Shown in pieces: positions 1 through 13,557 of a DNA stretch of 64,000 bases. This DNA is from Balanoglossus misakiensis. Lineage: Eukaryota > Animalia > Hemichordata. A program made the translations under genes and the position numbers. Every line of letters begins with the position of its first letter. Position 1 is the first letter of the stretch. Under the pieces are notes generated by a model. That model had not been told where the DNA came from. It did no database searches and worked only from the letters and a program-made list of their open reading frames with translations. The stretch lies in NCBI GenBank assembly GCA_040954595.2, contig CM082588.2, forward strand, positions 6,894,202 through 6,958,201, in the 5' to 3' direction.

Positions 1-779
1 GTTGCGTTGTAAATGTATCCGTGGTTACGGTGCAATGTTATCGGACTTGTAATTACTGGCAATTGCCTTTTGCTCTTTTCTGAGTCTAATATTTCACTAA
101 CCACTCAAGAAATGCTTTCATGATGAAACGAGAACCAGGGTGTCAGCATTTTCCAGTGCATTTGATTTGCAATAAATTCTGCCGCTGTATAGAAAGATAC
201 ATCTCTGTTGCCATTTGGTCAATTCTAGTTGTACGTGACAGGGCACTCTATGTTATCGGATGATTTACATGTATTGCTTTTTCTGACATCATAAATTCGT
301 GCGATGGATGTGCCTGAGTTATAACGTCTGGCTTGGCTTCTTTCCTGGTGCCATAAATTGTTCCATGTGACCATAATTCACACTACGAATCACACCTCAG
401 TAAACTGCCAGGTAACAGTTCTGAGACTCAAATTATCCCTTGACATCTTAAATCATTGCTGTTTCAATTGATTTGAAAGCAGAATGGTAGGGTTTTGTTG
501 TGTCATTGATGATGTAGCAGTATACTTGTCGTTACAAATCATCTCAACAACGAAATCTGGACTTTTCCCTTTCTGCGTTTATTCGGCATATTCCTGAAAT
601 AATGACTTTGAGAGTTTTCTTACAGGTCACCCAACAAGATATAGATTACATTGTACTTGGTGCAAAATTACTTTCATTTGATTTAATTGTACTAGTCATG
701 CACAAATTTCCATTCTTCAGGTTTGTCGTATTATATTAGTAATAAGAAAATGCCAACAGGATAGAACTTTCTTTCTTAA

Positions 780-935
780 TTTGTTTGTTTGTTTCTTTAG
801 CCATCCATCCATCCATCCATCCATCCATCCATCCAGTTTGTTAGCTTGTTTGTCTGTCTTTCTATCTGCGCGTGCATGTGTGTCTGTCTGTCTGTCTCTC
901 TCTGTTTGTCTATCTAACTGACTGACTGACTGACT
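780..935. repeat. Tetranucleotide microsatellite patch (TTTG, TCCA, TCTG, ACTG)
   Basis: Directly visible. Confidence 0.9.
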
Positions 936-2283
936 CACCCCTCATTCATCCTCTAACTGACTTTCTCACCCAAGCAACGAAGAAGGAAAAGTTTCTTTTC
1001 CACCACTGAGATTTCACAGCGACAATTTATTAACCGACCGAGTAAGGTACCCGGCTAAGTTGAACTTCTTTCCTTGATGATCACAATGCCGACAGCTTCA
1101 GTAGGGTCTGCCGTGTACACAGTAATCTCCAAAATGGAAAAAGGAGATTCCCTGGATTCATTCCGGGAAATCTAATCTGCTGCGCGCCACTCATCAAACC
1201 TGTCTAGTGGTTTGTTAGTGACCATCTATTCATTTGCCGGTAATTCCGTTGCTGCAAACGAATGAATAATTGAAGTCAGAAGGGAATAATGGAAGTGATG
1301 GAGATGTTTTTTTAAATGTCAGGAGGAAACTCCACCATTAGAACATAAAATGGGAGACTTCGAAACCTTCTGAAAAATGATCAAAGTGAACACCGGCAAC
1401 CTGATATATTAATTATAACCCCTCCGGCACCATGGTTTGGTCCAATTCCATTGTTTTTTCTATGGTAAAGAAGAACCTATAGAGTGGGGTGGGGGTGTCG
1501 GGGATAGGTTTCAGATGATGGTGATTTTTGTCAAATTATTGCAAGTGCGATATGTTAGAACTTTGTCAGGGGTATTGGTCATCAGAAATTTGCGTGTTTA
1601 AGAAGTACGCGGAAGGCTGTACATGTAAGATTTTGATGGAAAAATACGAAACGTTTTATCTCTGACTTGTTGAGAGCCAGGTTTTACACAGGGAAAAAGT
1701 GGGAAGGTAGTAGACCAGCGACTTGTCATCTGAATTGGTGTTTGCAATAGCAGCAATAATGCAGATTGAAACGGGACTCTTTTTGTAGTTTTCCAAGCAT
1801 CATGCCTGTTGTGTACTGCAACCACTATCTTCGGAGCTATCGTCATGGCGATAGTTACCGGTGCAAACAGTTACGCACCCAGACTGTCTGTGTGATATGT
1901 CATTTCACACCGTAGTCTCTGACCGCTGACATTTTCCTTGTATCGACAATCTAAATGATTCCTCCCATATCGTTTGGCCGTGACTACTACATTATCCTGC
2001 CGAGGAAAACAAGATCTGTTTTTTTTTTCTGAAGCAGTGAAAGGAAATATGAATCCCCCGATCATCTCCACTCACTTCCACGCGAAGATGAACCGTTACA
2101 CACACCGCTGTTTTTTCTCTCTCGCAGAATTAGTGAAATAACACCGACCCCTGGGGTTGGAATCAACCGATGTACGGGAAAAACTAATGTTGTAGAAAGT
2201 AAACCCCTTTTCCCCAGAGTTGGTAACTGTAGAGTGTAAGCTAGCATCTTAAGCAGGCTCTGTTCTGTTTAAAAGTAGTTGGC

Positions 2284-2588
2284 TTAAAGGCAATAGATCG
2301 TCTCACGCGCATGCACGTAACTTCCCAGCAAATTTTCCCAGCATTCAAATAGTGGACTGCCTTCGCTTCCTTCCATATTTCATGCGCACCGTATAAGTAG
2401 ATTCTGGTTTCGTCCCTCCTTTTCACCCAAGCTGGTGTCTTCTCACGATCTCCGACACAGATTGTGGTCGCCGCCATCTTCTCTTTTGTTAGGACAGAGC
2501 ACTGCCTTATGGGATTGACTGTTCACTAAATGTCTGTAACCAGCGGCTACAGTTGGAACATGCGTGTGAGACGAGCTAGGCGCTTTAA
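2284..2588. mobile_element. MITE family A (TTAA-flanked, Kolobok-like), copy 1
   Basis: Inverted termini TTAAAG..TAGATCGTCTCACGCGCATG / CATGCGTGTGAGACGAGCTA..CTTTAA; closely similar copy at 35487-35784. Confidence 0.8.
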
Positions 2589-5500
2589 TGTCACCAATTC
2601 TGGTCGCGCGGTTCTGGAGAGAGAGAGAGAGAGAAAAGATGACAGAGGAGAAAATATCTGACATATTCATTTCTGTAATAACAGATTTCTACCACCTGGC
2701 CTTGGTCAACTTTCGAGGTCAAAGGTCGTGGAAGTTTATTTGGATATCAGGTGGTCGTAATAACAGTGCATATACCCTACTAAGCAGTTTGCCCTTAAGT
2801 GCAACTGTTGTGTGCGATTTATCAGATCTATAAATAGAATCCTATCTTTTCTCGAACAAGTCATGGAAATTATAAATGCAAAAATGAGGTATGTGAGACC
2901 ATATGAATACTTCATAGTCTGAATTTTATATTCTCGATTTGATCAAAAGGACAACATGCATGTATGAAACTGATATTTTTATCTGCTAAATATCAGAGAT
3001 TTCAATTATCTCTCTTCAGTGAACAGTATTCAGTGAACCTATTGTACTTAAAAATAGTCTACATTTCACTAATTTATTTATAACTTTATATTGGATTAAA
3101 TTTCAATATTTCTCAGTAGAATACTGAGTTGATATCAGTTGTATTGTATTTGGGTCTTAAATACTGCCATACGTGTTTCTGACTAAATATTAAGTTGCAA
3201 TGAAAGACATCAGGGTTTTTCACACCAAGAGACACTGCGATGGAACCATTTTGATCACATGGTGCGGGTGTTACCAAATATGGTATTATGCGAAAATGAT
3301 GGCTTTCCGTTTTCTTTGTCTAGTCTTTGTATTGTGTGAGAGAGTTTATAAATGATGAAGACAACTCCTTGTTGGCATGGAAACTGTGTGTTTTAGCCTC
3401 AGAATAATAATTAACCCTGTGAATATTTTACTTGAAAATATGAGGCAAGTACTGATATGTCAAGTAATAATGGTCCAGTCTTTGAAAAGAATCTGTCAAT
3501 TGAGAATTGTAACAAAGTCAGATATAAACTTGGGCATTTTTGTCATGGCAGTGTTAAAAATCAGACCATGACCTGGTTGACCTTGACTACCTATTTCCAT
3601 ACGTCACAACCACTGATAAACTTTGCCATTTAACTTGCAGATCTTGTGACGTCTTGCACTTTGAAATCTAAAAAGAACATGATTGCCATCTCCCCCGTAT
3701 ATCATTATAAATAAATTGCAGACTTTTGATGTATGATTCAAAGATCGATGTTATGAGTAATGTACACATAGACTCATCGATCAAATTTGCATTGACAACT
3801 GTATGCTCTTTTTGATCGAAAAAAAATTGCATAATTTAAAGCTATAGTATTGAATTTCCTACAGTTCCGAATTTTTTATCATTCAATATTTAATTATCCC
3901 TTAAACTACACATTATCTTTTTTCAAATTTCACTTTGGATTTCAAATCTCAGGCATACCTTGGCCTTACACAGATATCATATATTAAATTTTTAAAAAAT
4001 GAAAGCTTTGATTATTTGTTTAAAATATAAAAATTTCTTCACAGGAATCTCACATGGAAAAAATCGGTTTAAGGTGGATACTTCTCTTTACAAATTGATT
4101 TCAAATTTATCAGAGTTTAATGGTTTGGACAAATTCTATGTCAAAATCTCCACGCCCGGCCTCTTCTAGTAATCGATGTCTGTAAGGCAGCTGTGTTTTG
4201 TCAACACAGCTCTGTCTTGCCTCAGTGATTTGACAAGGCGATTTCCAAGATAAGGTTTTTTTTCCAGTAACCTCAGACATTTACTTCTGAATGTTGATGG
4301 TAATCACCAGCGTAGAGATACACCCTTAACCTTACCCAAAGTAATAGATTGCTTGTTCCTGAAAACAAATTAAAGTTTGCGAAATCTGTTAACTGTGTCA
4401 TTCTAATCATTAAAGGGACACCGGCTGTAACTTCAGGCTGTTTTTTTTCATTATTTTATTCTTTGTGTCGACTACAACTTCTTGAGCCTTTCTCAATTTA
4501 CTCCACATTTTTTTTGTCAGATTCTCAACTTTTTCCACATTTTTTCTCCAATTTTCATCAAGACCTGAAGACTATGGGAAATAATGTCCACTTGGTCTAA
4601 AATTAAACACAAAAATTTGTCAAAAAGGATGAAAATATTAAAATGTTACACCACAAGTTTGATGTTAAAAGGAGTAAACATTGTATTGAGCTTTACTGAA
4701 TATTTCAGACAAGTTCAGTTGATATTTCATTCTTGTAAAATAAGTGTGTACTTCAATTCTATTGGATCATTGGTGTCACATGACCAACATGGCCTCCAGT
4801 CACCATTTGCAATGTCATTTTTTGTGATACAGCATATTTATAGTAGTGACAATAATCACAACATTTGTTAAGAATGGAACAGTTCTTTTATCCATATGAA
4901 AAGTTTTGTAGGCACAATTTAATTTGATCAGCAGTTGGTTGAAAAATTATCGCTTGAAATTTCTCATAATCTGCCTTATAGTCACAATCTTCTCTAACCG
5001 TACGTCAGAAAATATTTCTTTTATACCCAAAGGTTTGATGAACAATTCTTGCCTCGAAATGGTTGCTAAGCAACCTTTTTTTCTGTGTTATCGATATATC
5101 TCTATGCTTGACAAGAAAGCGTATGCATAGATAGTGATTTGTACTGATAGCATTTTTGAATTAATATGATTGATAGTATGTGGTTTGAATTGATAGTCCG
5201 GGGTTTATCCCGTATCATACATTGAAATGATTCCCAAAGCACTTTTGTTAGTTTGGTTTCGTGCAGCTTTTGTGCATGTCAAGACTCTGTTTTCAGTTTC
5301 ACAGATAACTTACATGGATACCTGGCATTGTAATGACACTCTTCTGACAAAGCAGCAGTTCTATCAGTCAAGACGTCCGCAAAATTTAACCCCATTCGAT
5401 AAACGCCATTTCACAGACGCTAAATACAACAATTATGGCTAGGAGGAATTCCTAGCAATTGGGTATTATTAGCAACATGACATTTTCAGGCCCAATTTCT

Positions 5501-6100
5501 GGCAATCAAAGCAGAAAATGACATTGAGAAATGAATTATTGTGGTATTTTGCTAAATCATGGTTAGCATCAGATGTTCCATTATGCTTTGATGTTATCTC
5601 GTTTATAGAATGACTGCTGAGGTCTGATAAACTAAAAATATCCCCACCTACCTTTAAATCCAATGGAGAAATTTTAATAATGCACAAAACAAATTGTAAT
5701 GATAGAATTTGTGTAAAATATTAAAATTAGTTGAGAGGGAGGTTTTTACCAATGATTTATTAGAGAGTCCAACTAGGTTACATTTCAGTTTGAACGACAA
5801 TCAGACAAGACATAAATCACAATTTCAAATACCCAAAAAATCTGGAAATTGGGATAATATAAATAGTGTCAAGGGCACAGTGGTGACATTTGGATCAGAA
5901 GTGTGATATGTGTTTTTTACTTTTAAATGGTCATGTACCAGTCAATTTCAATAGCAATGGTTGGTAAACATACACATAACTTCTTGAAAGGCAGAGACCT
6001 GGGCAGAATGGGTTACTGTAAGGAGGGGAACAAGAAAATATGTTAGATACACAAAACAAAAATACTGAGAAACTAGCTTGAAGTTACAGATAGTGGCCCT

Positions 6101-6292
6101 TTAAAGGTATACGGTCACCTCCAATTTACATATCGTCATATATAGCTGAAATGGCGTATTTGAGTGTTCTAAAGAACCTACGGTGGCGCTCTTTTTTCGC
6201 GTGTGCCACCCACTGAAAATCTGTGATTGGCTAGATCTCAGTTTACCATGGTAACTGTAGCTATATTTGCATAGGTGACCGTATACCTTTAA
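6101..6292. mobile_element. MITE family B (Kolobok-like), copy 1
   Basis: Perfect TIR AGGTATACGGTCACCT with TTAA on both sides; copies at 57808-58006 and 48400-48586. Confidence 0.85.
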
Positions 6293-9200
6293 TGAGTGCA
6301 ACATTATCAAGACCATACAGTTAGATTGCGAACAGCTGTGTGATCTATTTTTATCTGAATTGTGATAATTTATTGTCTCTGATAAAAGTCTTGGTCTTCA
6401 CAAATGTCTGATTATAATCCTATGGTATCAATGGATACCTGAATTGTCAGCATACAATTTATAATTAAGTTATTGTCTTCCCTGTCTGTATAGGTTAATA
6501 ATAGTATTTTACTTTGCATTTGGGTGGCTTAATGTCTGCATAAATATAAATAAGATATTGAAATAAAACCAGAAACATTTGATCAAGTGTGATCTAGATC
6601 TGGAATGATATTATATTGTTGTCAACCCTGTATAAAATGAATTCTTTTTATCAAGGGTGAAAAATATAATGTTTTCATGAATGTTGTCAGAACAAATTAT
6701 CGCAAAGTAAAGTCATGTCACACCTTCAACATGCTGAAATCACTTAGAAAGGCTCCTCCTCATATCTCCCCCCTCCACCCCCCTCCCACCCCACCCTATG
6801 GTTTAGTCCCGGGTAGCCATATTGTCTAGGTACAAAATAACCAACACTCGCAATCAATACGGTTGTATACAAAAAAGTAGCATTGCAACAATAGAGATAC
6901 AAGGACTAAAAGAATAACAAAACAAGCACCTTTGACCCGATCATAAGCCCATTTAATTGGAAATCAGCCCTTAATTACTCGTTGAGCACCCCCCATATTG
7001 AAAAGAGACACCCTTAATTGGCAGCTTATTAAAGCTGTCATTTCACAGACAATGCCACTTGTTAATGGACAATGTCGCTGTTATCACCGGGATGATCTAA
7101 ACGTTTACCATACCCTAAATGGCCTAATTTTTCAACAATACCAGAAAGATTTGCAGAAAATCCTGTGTTTAAGTAATAAATTGCTACAGCAGTACCAAAT
7201 GGATTTAATTATTGTAAAGTTTTAAAAAGAGACCTTGGGTTTGGTAAAACTGTCTTTCTCGAAAGTGCAGCCTGACAAGATTCGTGTTAAGATTGGAACG
7301 GCCGCGCACTCGAAGCAAGTATACCGTGCTTTTCTTACGGTGGAAACACGTAGAAAGTGAATCACAAGATTTCATGGCAGTGGTTGTCAAGGTAACCTGG
7401 GATACTTCACGTTGGGAGGCGGTCGAAATTGCTGTCGTGCGCAATAATCGAAATTGGTTCCAACTGTTGCAAGCTGTCTAAGTGTCGTTTTTTTCTTCCA
7501 ATTAACCGTCGCGTCTTTTTTAGTCGGCATGTGACCGTTTTTTGCAGATATCAAAGTCTCGCCTAACAGCACGGTTGTCGCGAAGTAGCAGTGGCAATAC
7601 AGATGGATTGTTGGTGAATACCGTTACATTCTCACGAGGCCCAGCGCCACTCCGACGAATCGCCGGTAAATACTTGAAAACGCGGGGAAGTGTGAGCTGG
7701 AAACTGCGAACTCCCGCTGTTGTCTCGTTGAAGTGGGGATTAAGTTATTACCACCAACGCTCCGCTGAAAATTATTCTGTTCTGAGATTTTCACCAACCA
7801 CTGCGTTGTCAGCAATCCAAGTCTTTTTCTTTTCTTGAAAACTTTCGGACCTGTCCTAATCACGGTATTCAAATCAGAATTTGCAAAGAGGCGCTATTCT
7901 TCATCTCATATTCATTTCACAACATGTAATCAAAATAATGGGAAACGATGGTTCCTGTGGGTAAATCGTGAATGATCACAGCAAGGGTTGCCATAGGAAC
8001 CATCTCAACATCTGTGTTGGATGTATCTGCATTGAGTTAGGATCCATATGTGATAGTCAATAAAAAATGGTGATATTTGTTGGATGCAGTCTACGATTTG
8101 TGGTGTAGTTCAGTTTAAAATAGAAGCATTTGCAAATTCAAACGATGGCCAACTGAGTTCTGATTTTTCGTAAAAGCTTGTGGCCTAATAATTTCCCAGA
8201 GTGCATACCCACTGTTTGTGTCATTTCTGTATTTTTCTTTGTAGCACAGTGCAAAGTTTGTGCGAAAAACGATTCTAGGATTTTCTTATATGTATAGCAC
8301 CACTCCCAGCGCTACATACGATATGAACCCCCCCCCCCCCCAACACACACACATGCACACACAAACAGTCTGTCATAAACAAAGCAGAACTGAAATTGTT
8401 GGAAGTTTTCTGGTAATTTTATGGGTATTTCCTTAAATCAAATCCTGTCTATTAAAATCACTGAAGAACATTACCAGATTGTACAAAAATGACTCACTTT
8501 GATTCAAAGGCAGTTTTGTACATACAAAAATTCATGAAAAAAATTCTCAAATAACTATGGGGCTTGGGAGTTTATAGCAACATATTTTGGCGCTGTTTGT
8601 GTGAGATAATTCATGGACTAACTGTTGGCCCAGAGAATGGAATTTGACAGAGGAATGATAAAAAGAAGCTTTTAATCGACATGAATAGAGAGAAAGGTGT
8701 TAATTGGATGGGCTTTAGTTTGTCATCGGTACATAGTAACAACTATGTGCGAGTGGACAGTTTACTTTAAACACACTTGTCAATGAAAGGGTTTGTTAGC
8801 GTTCAAACTTATATGGTCAGTGGTTGGTAAAAACCTACTCAAGCTGTGAAATACACATGCCAGTAACTTTCACTGACAAAATTAATTGGCTCAAATTTTA
8901 TTCTCATTTTGTATCGATGCGATTTCGACAGACAGAGCGACATGTTTCATGTTTTTTTAAATCATGAAAATTTATGCTGTCGTACACTGCAAGCACCGTG
9001 AACGCGTCAAGCCCCGTCCCATAGCCGAAAGTTTATACAAATATTCACCAAGCCCTTGTGAATAGCCAAGTGGAGAATGTACATTGATTGTTCAAAGCTT
9101 GAGAGAGGCCAGCTATAGAATGGGCTCTTAAAGACTGTCTTAGCTTAGCCCCCAGGTTAAAATAACATGTGCTAGGAGTGGGCTAAAGGCTGTGTGTCTT

Positions 9201-12200
9201 AGTTCCACCGTTCCCACAAAGACCCTCGTCCCCCCCCTTTCAATTATCTTCATCCACAGCTGGGCGAAAAAAAAAAACCCAAGTCTCCCTAACTCTCACG
9301 TCGTGTGTTTGCTGAGTAGGGAATCTCAAATCTTTCCCTTCATTGCGGATTATTGGTCTTCCGTCACCTGTGTTAATTAATTGTCACCAAATCAAGTCTC
9401 CGTACATCCAAAAACATGTCGACAGGTAGTTTTCTGTCGCGTCGATCAGCGCTTAGAACATAAATCTAGATCCGTTAATTGTCTCGAAATCAGGTCACCG
9501 TACATCCAAAATTTCATCTACAGGTATTTTTCTGTTGCTTCGAACCGACCCCAGAACATGACTATGTCTTCAACCTGCCACTGACCACTGTAGTTGCAAA
9601 TAAATTGTACATGTAGGTGATAACATTGAACTCGCTCACACACAATCTCCTGCCTAACACGACCCCTACTCTACCTCCATGCTAAGTTTCAGGGCTTCAA
9701 TCGAAGGCTTCTTTATCAAAACAGATTTTCTGAGAACATTTTAGCCAGTTCTCAAATGTACTGAACCTGCCACATAAACTAATAAAAAAATATCAACACC
9801 CTTCGACCACTGTGACAGACCTTGAATCTGACACTGCCTTTCAGACTGTCTTTTCATTTATAAGTTCAGAGTGACAACTCTAGATTTTACTGTATTCTCA
9901 TATCACAAATGTGACAGTCAATCATATCCTGAAAAATGATCATGCCATCTTTCAGTATTAAAAAAAGGCATTTTGTCGAATGAAAACTACAGACAAAGCA
10001 AAACAATTCATGTAGTTGTTACCTAAGCCTCTACATAGAATCTTCAATCCAAAGATATACAAACTCATGAGCACATTACAAACTTCGCTGTCAAAGTACA
10101 TAAAATATAAAAAACGCAAACAAAAGGGTTATTTAGTCGGTAAACAGAAAAGGAAAGCTAAATAGGGTGTTGTATTAATCAGAATAAGTTTGACACGCCA
10201 TAAAAGACTGCACCCTGGGGTCAGACAAGCAAAAGTGGGAAATATGTCTTCAAAAGTACTCCATACTAAACCTTTCCTTTCAAGACACAAGTGAAATCGT
10301 AGCCCTTGGCAAATGCATCTACAATTACAAGTCTTATCAACAAAAGTATGTGAGTAAAAAGTGCGAGTCAAGTGGGTGGCTAAAGCCATCAAAAGCATTT
10401 CAAGAACCAGTGTGTTTGATTTCCTGTCGATTGGACGGATGGAACAGTTTCCACGGAGACGGGATCTCCTCCTGACATCAGAAGTATGATAGATTCGGTC
10501 GCTTCGAATTAAAACACAGACATGTCACCAGCAGTCGAATTAACAGAGGCAATTACACATCACCGTCACACTCAGACAATGGAACAATTTTTCTGAGTAA
10601 TAGTTGAAATTTCCTCAGTGCAAGAAAAATATTGTTTCTTCAAACAAAGTTCAACAGGCTCTTTGTTCGCTTGGCCGGGTGCAATTTAAGCCACGGAAAA
10701 TGTAAAGGTCACTGTATGGATCGAATCAAAAGACTTCCCATCAAGGAAAGTTTTCTTTGCCGTTCCTTCGACTTTCACATTCGAGATTATATCCTAATTG
10801 ACTCGCTCGGCTAAATAACTACTTTTCTTAATCATTGCTAATAAGCTTACTCAGCGAGGGGTAAGAGAAGGCTGTTGTGTGTATATATCGGCCTTGGAGA
10901 GAAGTTCGAAAGGGACAGGGGGAAGGGAGGGGGGAGGGCTGGAGAGAATGGTAATAGTATCAATGATCGGGAGCAAGGAACTCCCACCGAGCTGACGCTA
11001 GTGACACTACACACAGCCCTTGTTCACTCGTACAAAAAAAAATGCTTTAACAAACAGCGTATTTCACAATACCAACATATTCAAATACTCTCAGACAAAG
11101 TGACATGCCAGTGCAGAAAGGACTCTCTCTCTCTCTCTGTCCCTTTCTGTTAATTTGTTTGTTTACGTGCTTATTTTGGCTCGGGGGGGGGGGGGGGGGG
11201 AACACAATTGGGGATTCTCTGAAGAGAATTGTGCTCTTTTGCGCGGCGGGCATGTGAAGAGTTTGTTTGTCGGAGGGCTACAGTAAACACGGCCGGTTGA
11301 ATAGCATTGAAAGTTGAAGTACCGGTTAATATAATAGTTTCACACCCTGATTGCAATCAGCGTTAGGTGCCAATTTGTACTACACTGTTAGGCAATGAAT
11401 ACCCAGGCCCTCATTATCACGGCTTGCGGACGCTCCGTGGTGTCGGTAAAAATCGCCGGGTAGCGATCGACAAAGAATTTTGCCACAAACTCCAAAAAAA
11501 GTGAGTGAGAGGGTGTCCAATTAGTGCCACACACCCACTGGAGTATACCGAGCGAATTTAATTCAAAAACAAAAGCCGTAAATTAGACAATACAAGGGAA
11601 AAGCTGTCTCAATTAGCATCGCTGTGACAACTGTCAATATGTAGCTTGGGTAGAACAATGGCCGCTAAATGCCGGGCTTTTGCCACTTTTTTTTTTTAAT
11701 GAATCTGTGTTGATACAATGACACACACATTCGATGATTACCGGCAGTCCCTGGTATCCCTGCCAGTTATCATGCACATTCCGGGGCACACGCTGTAGGT
11801 GTAGCTTATATAGTTTACCCAGAATGCCTGGCAAGCGCCTGGTGAAACTTGTAGTGGCATTCATTGAAAACTGTTAGGGACTAGTCACCGGAAAAATACT
11901 CCTATTTCCGTAATTGGACGGAATCCCCAGTGATATCGGCTAATCAGTCTGTTTGACCCGAAGGCACGTGACGGAAAACAATTCTGTCTTCCGTAAAGAC
12001 TGTTCGTTAGACGTGCTTGCAGGGAGCATGCCAATGAAAATAAAATATTTTATTTTTATTTTTGTGTGTGTGTGTGCGTATATACTTTTGTCAACATGTT
12101 TGAATTTAAAGTTCTGTCTTAGACAGGATTATATGAAGATCAAAACATAAAACCCGTAAAACATTCAAAATGGAAATCAATCAACCATCTTTACATAAAG

Positions 12201-13046
12201 CATTATTTGATTGAAATAGCCATGTCTGCTGTCTGCCCATCCCTCTCCCTGTCACTGCATACAAGAAACAAAACCGAATATTACCTCACAAAGAAGAACT
12301 GTTTTTGCGACTCATTTGATTTCTCACTCAACCGTAGCTCTATACAAATCATGATCAGTACACAGGAGATGTTTTTTGGAGTTCCGAGACTGCCAAGTGA
12401 TAAAAGCAAATGTTTTCACACTCGGAATCGTGACAATGGAGTTCCTTTGAAGTGAGAATGCATCGATGAAGTGTAGAGGCGCATGCATATCAGAGCGGTC
12501 GAGGGTAAATTTAAATTAACAAGGGAGATGAAGATAGCTGTGAGAATGGCTGGACTGTTCGACTGAATAACTCAACGCGGAGGCACAATAATAGAAAGTG
12601 ACAAGAAGCACTTTATGGAAACTCTATCCCTTCCTCACCTACTCACACAAGGTCTGACCGAGGCCTTTCAAGAATGTCCATTGTCATGCTATTCACGTTC
12701 ATAATCACTTCAAGGAGATCTCTCTGTGTTCTGTATACGCGCCCACTCCGACATATTTCCCCCTGCCATTCTCCTCTCGAAGTCCACCACCATCCTCCCC
12801 CACTCTCACCTCACCCTCTCCTACTCCCTCCCCACCCTCTAGCCCCCCTTCTTATCCATTCATTACCCCATTCTCACCTTCCTTTCACCCTTTCGAACGT
12901 TAACTAAGATCTTGATTCTTGGAAACTTGGTCGATTAACAGAATTGCTTCAATCAGTTTATTTCAATGTCAAGGTGTTCATTCGTCCTAACTGAGGTTTA
13001 TCTCTTATGGGTGATTCTTGTAATTTATGGCATTCCAACCGAGATC

Positions 13047-13048
<2 letters not shown>

Positions 13049-13086
<38 letters not shown>
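13049..13086. repeat. (CAT)n microsatellite
   Basis: Directly visible. Confidence 0.95.
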
Positions 13087-13087
<1 letters not shown>

Positions 13088-13557
13088 ACAAGTGTTATGC
13101 TATGTGTAATAAGAATGGCTATTAATGTAATGTGGATCAGCTCTACCTTTTTTTCAAATTGGCCTGCAGGGGGCGCTAGATATGTTCCTTCAATGTCGGA
13201 GATTTCAATGTGCATGGCATAACTCAATTTCATGTGCCTTTCAAGCCACAATAATACATTTCTGTGTAGAAATTTTTCCAAGTAGTTTGTTGTCTTCGAA
13301 TTCTTTTCCAATCATGCTACGTTCATGTTTGCGTAGTTGATGGTTTTCAGCATGTGTACAAAGTGATTGGTTTAAATGAGAGGGGGAGTCGTTTCTGATT
13401 GGTTGAAAGTTCAAGAGCACACCCTGCAGTGTGCTGATTGGTCTGATGCCAACGACTTCTCATTAACATAATTGTTATTCGATAATTACAGCCCTTTCCA
13501 ACCAATGAGATCAAGTTAAACTACAAAATTGTGTTTCTTTCTGTTTTTTTCTGATAG

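Noticed and set aside
594-938. Possible minus-strand intron (donor 938, acceptor 594) of an antisense transcript
   Set aside because: Splice-like motifs only, a weak pyrimidine tract and no meaningful reading frame on either side; unsupported without RNA data.
3201-3224. miR-71-like start TGAAAGACAT
   Set aside because: Match limited to 10 nt; only a short local hairpin.
10662-10682. miR-375-like sequence TTTGTTCGCTTGGCC
   Set aside because: Only the 5' end matches and there is no complementary arm for a precursor hairpin.
10969-10990. miR-278-like seed on the minus strand (TCGGTGGGA)
   Set aside because: The 3' half does not match and the seed region does not pair in a plausible hairpin.
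13007-13222. Poly-His ORF
   Set aside because: Translation of a (CAT)n microsatellite in an intron.
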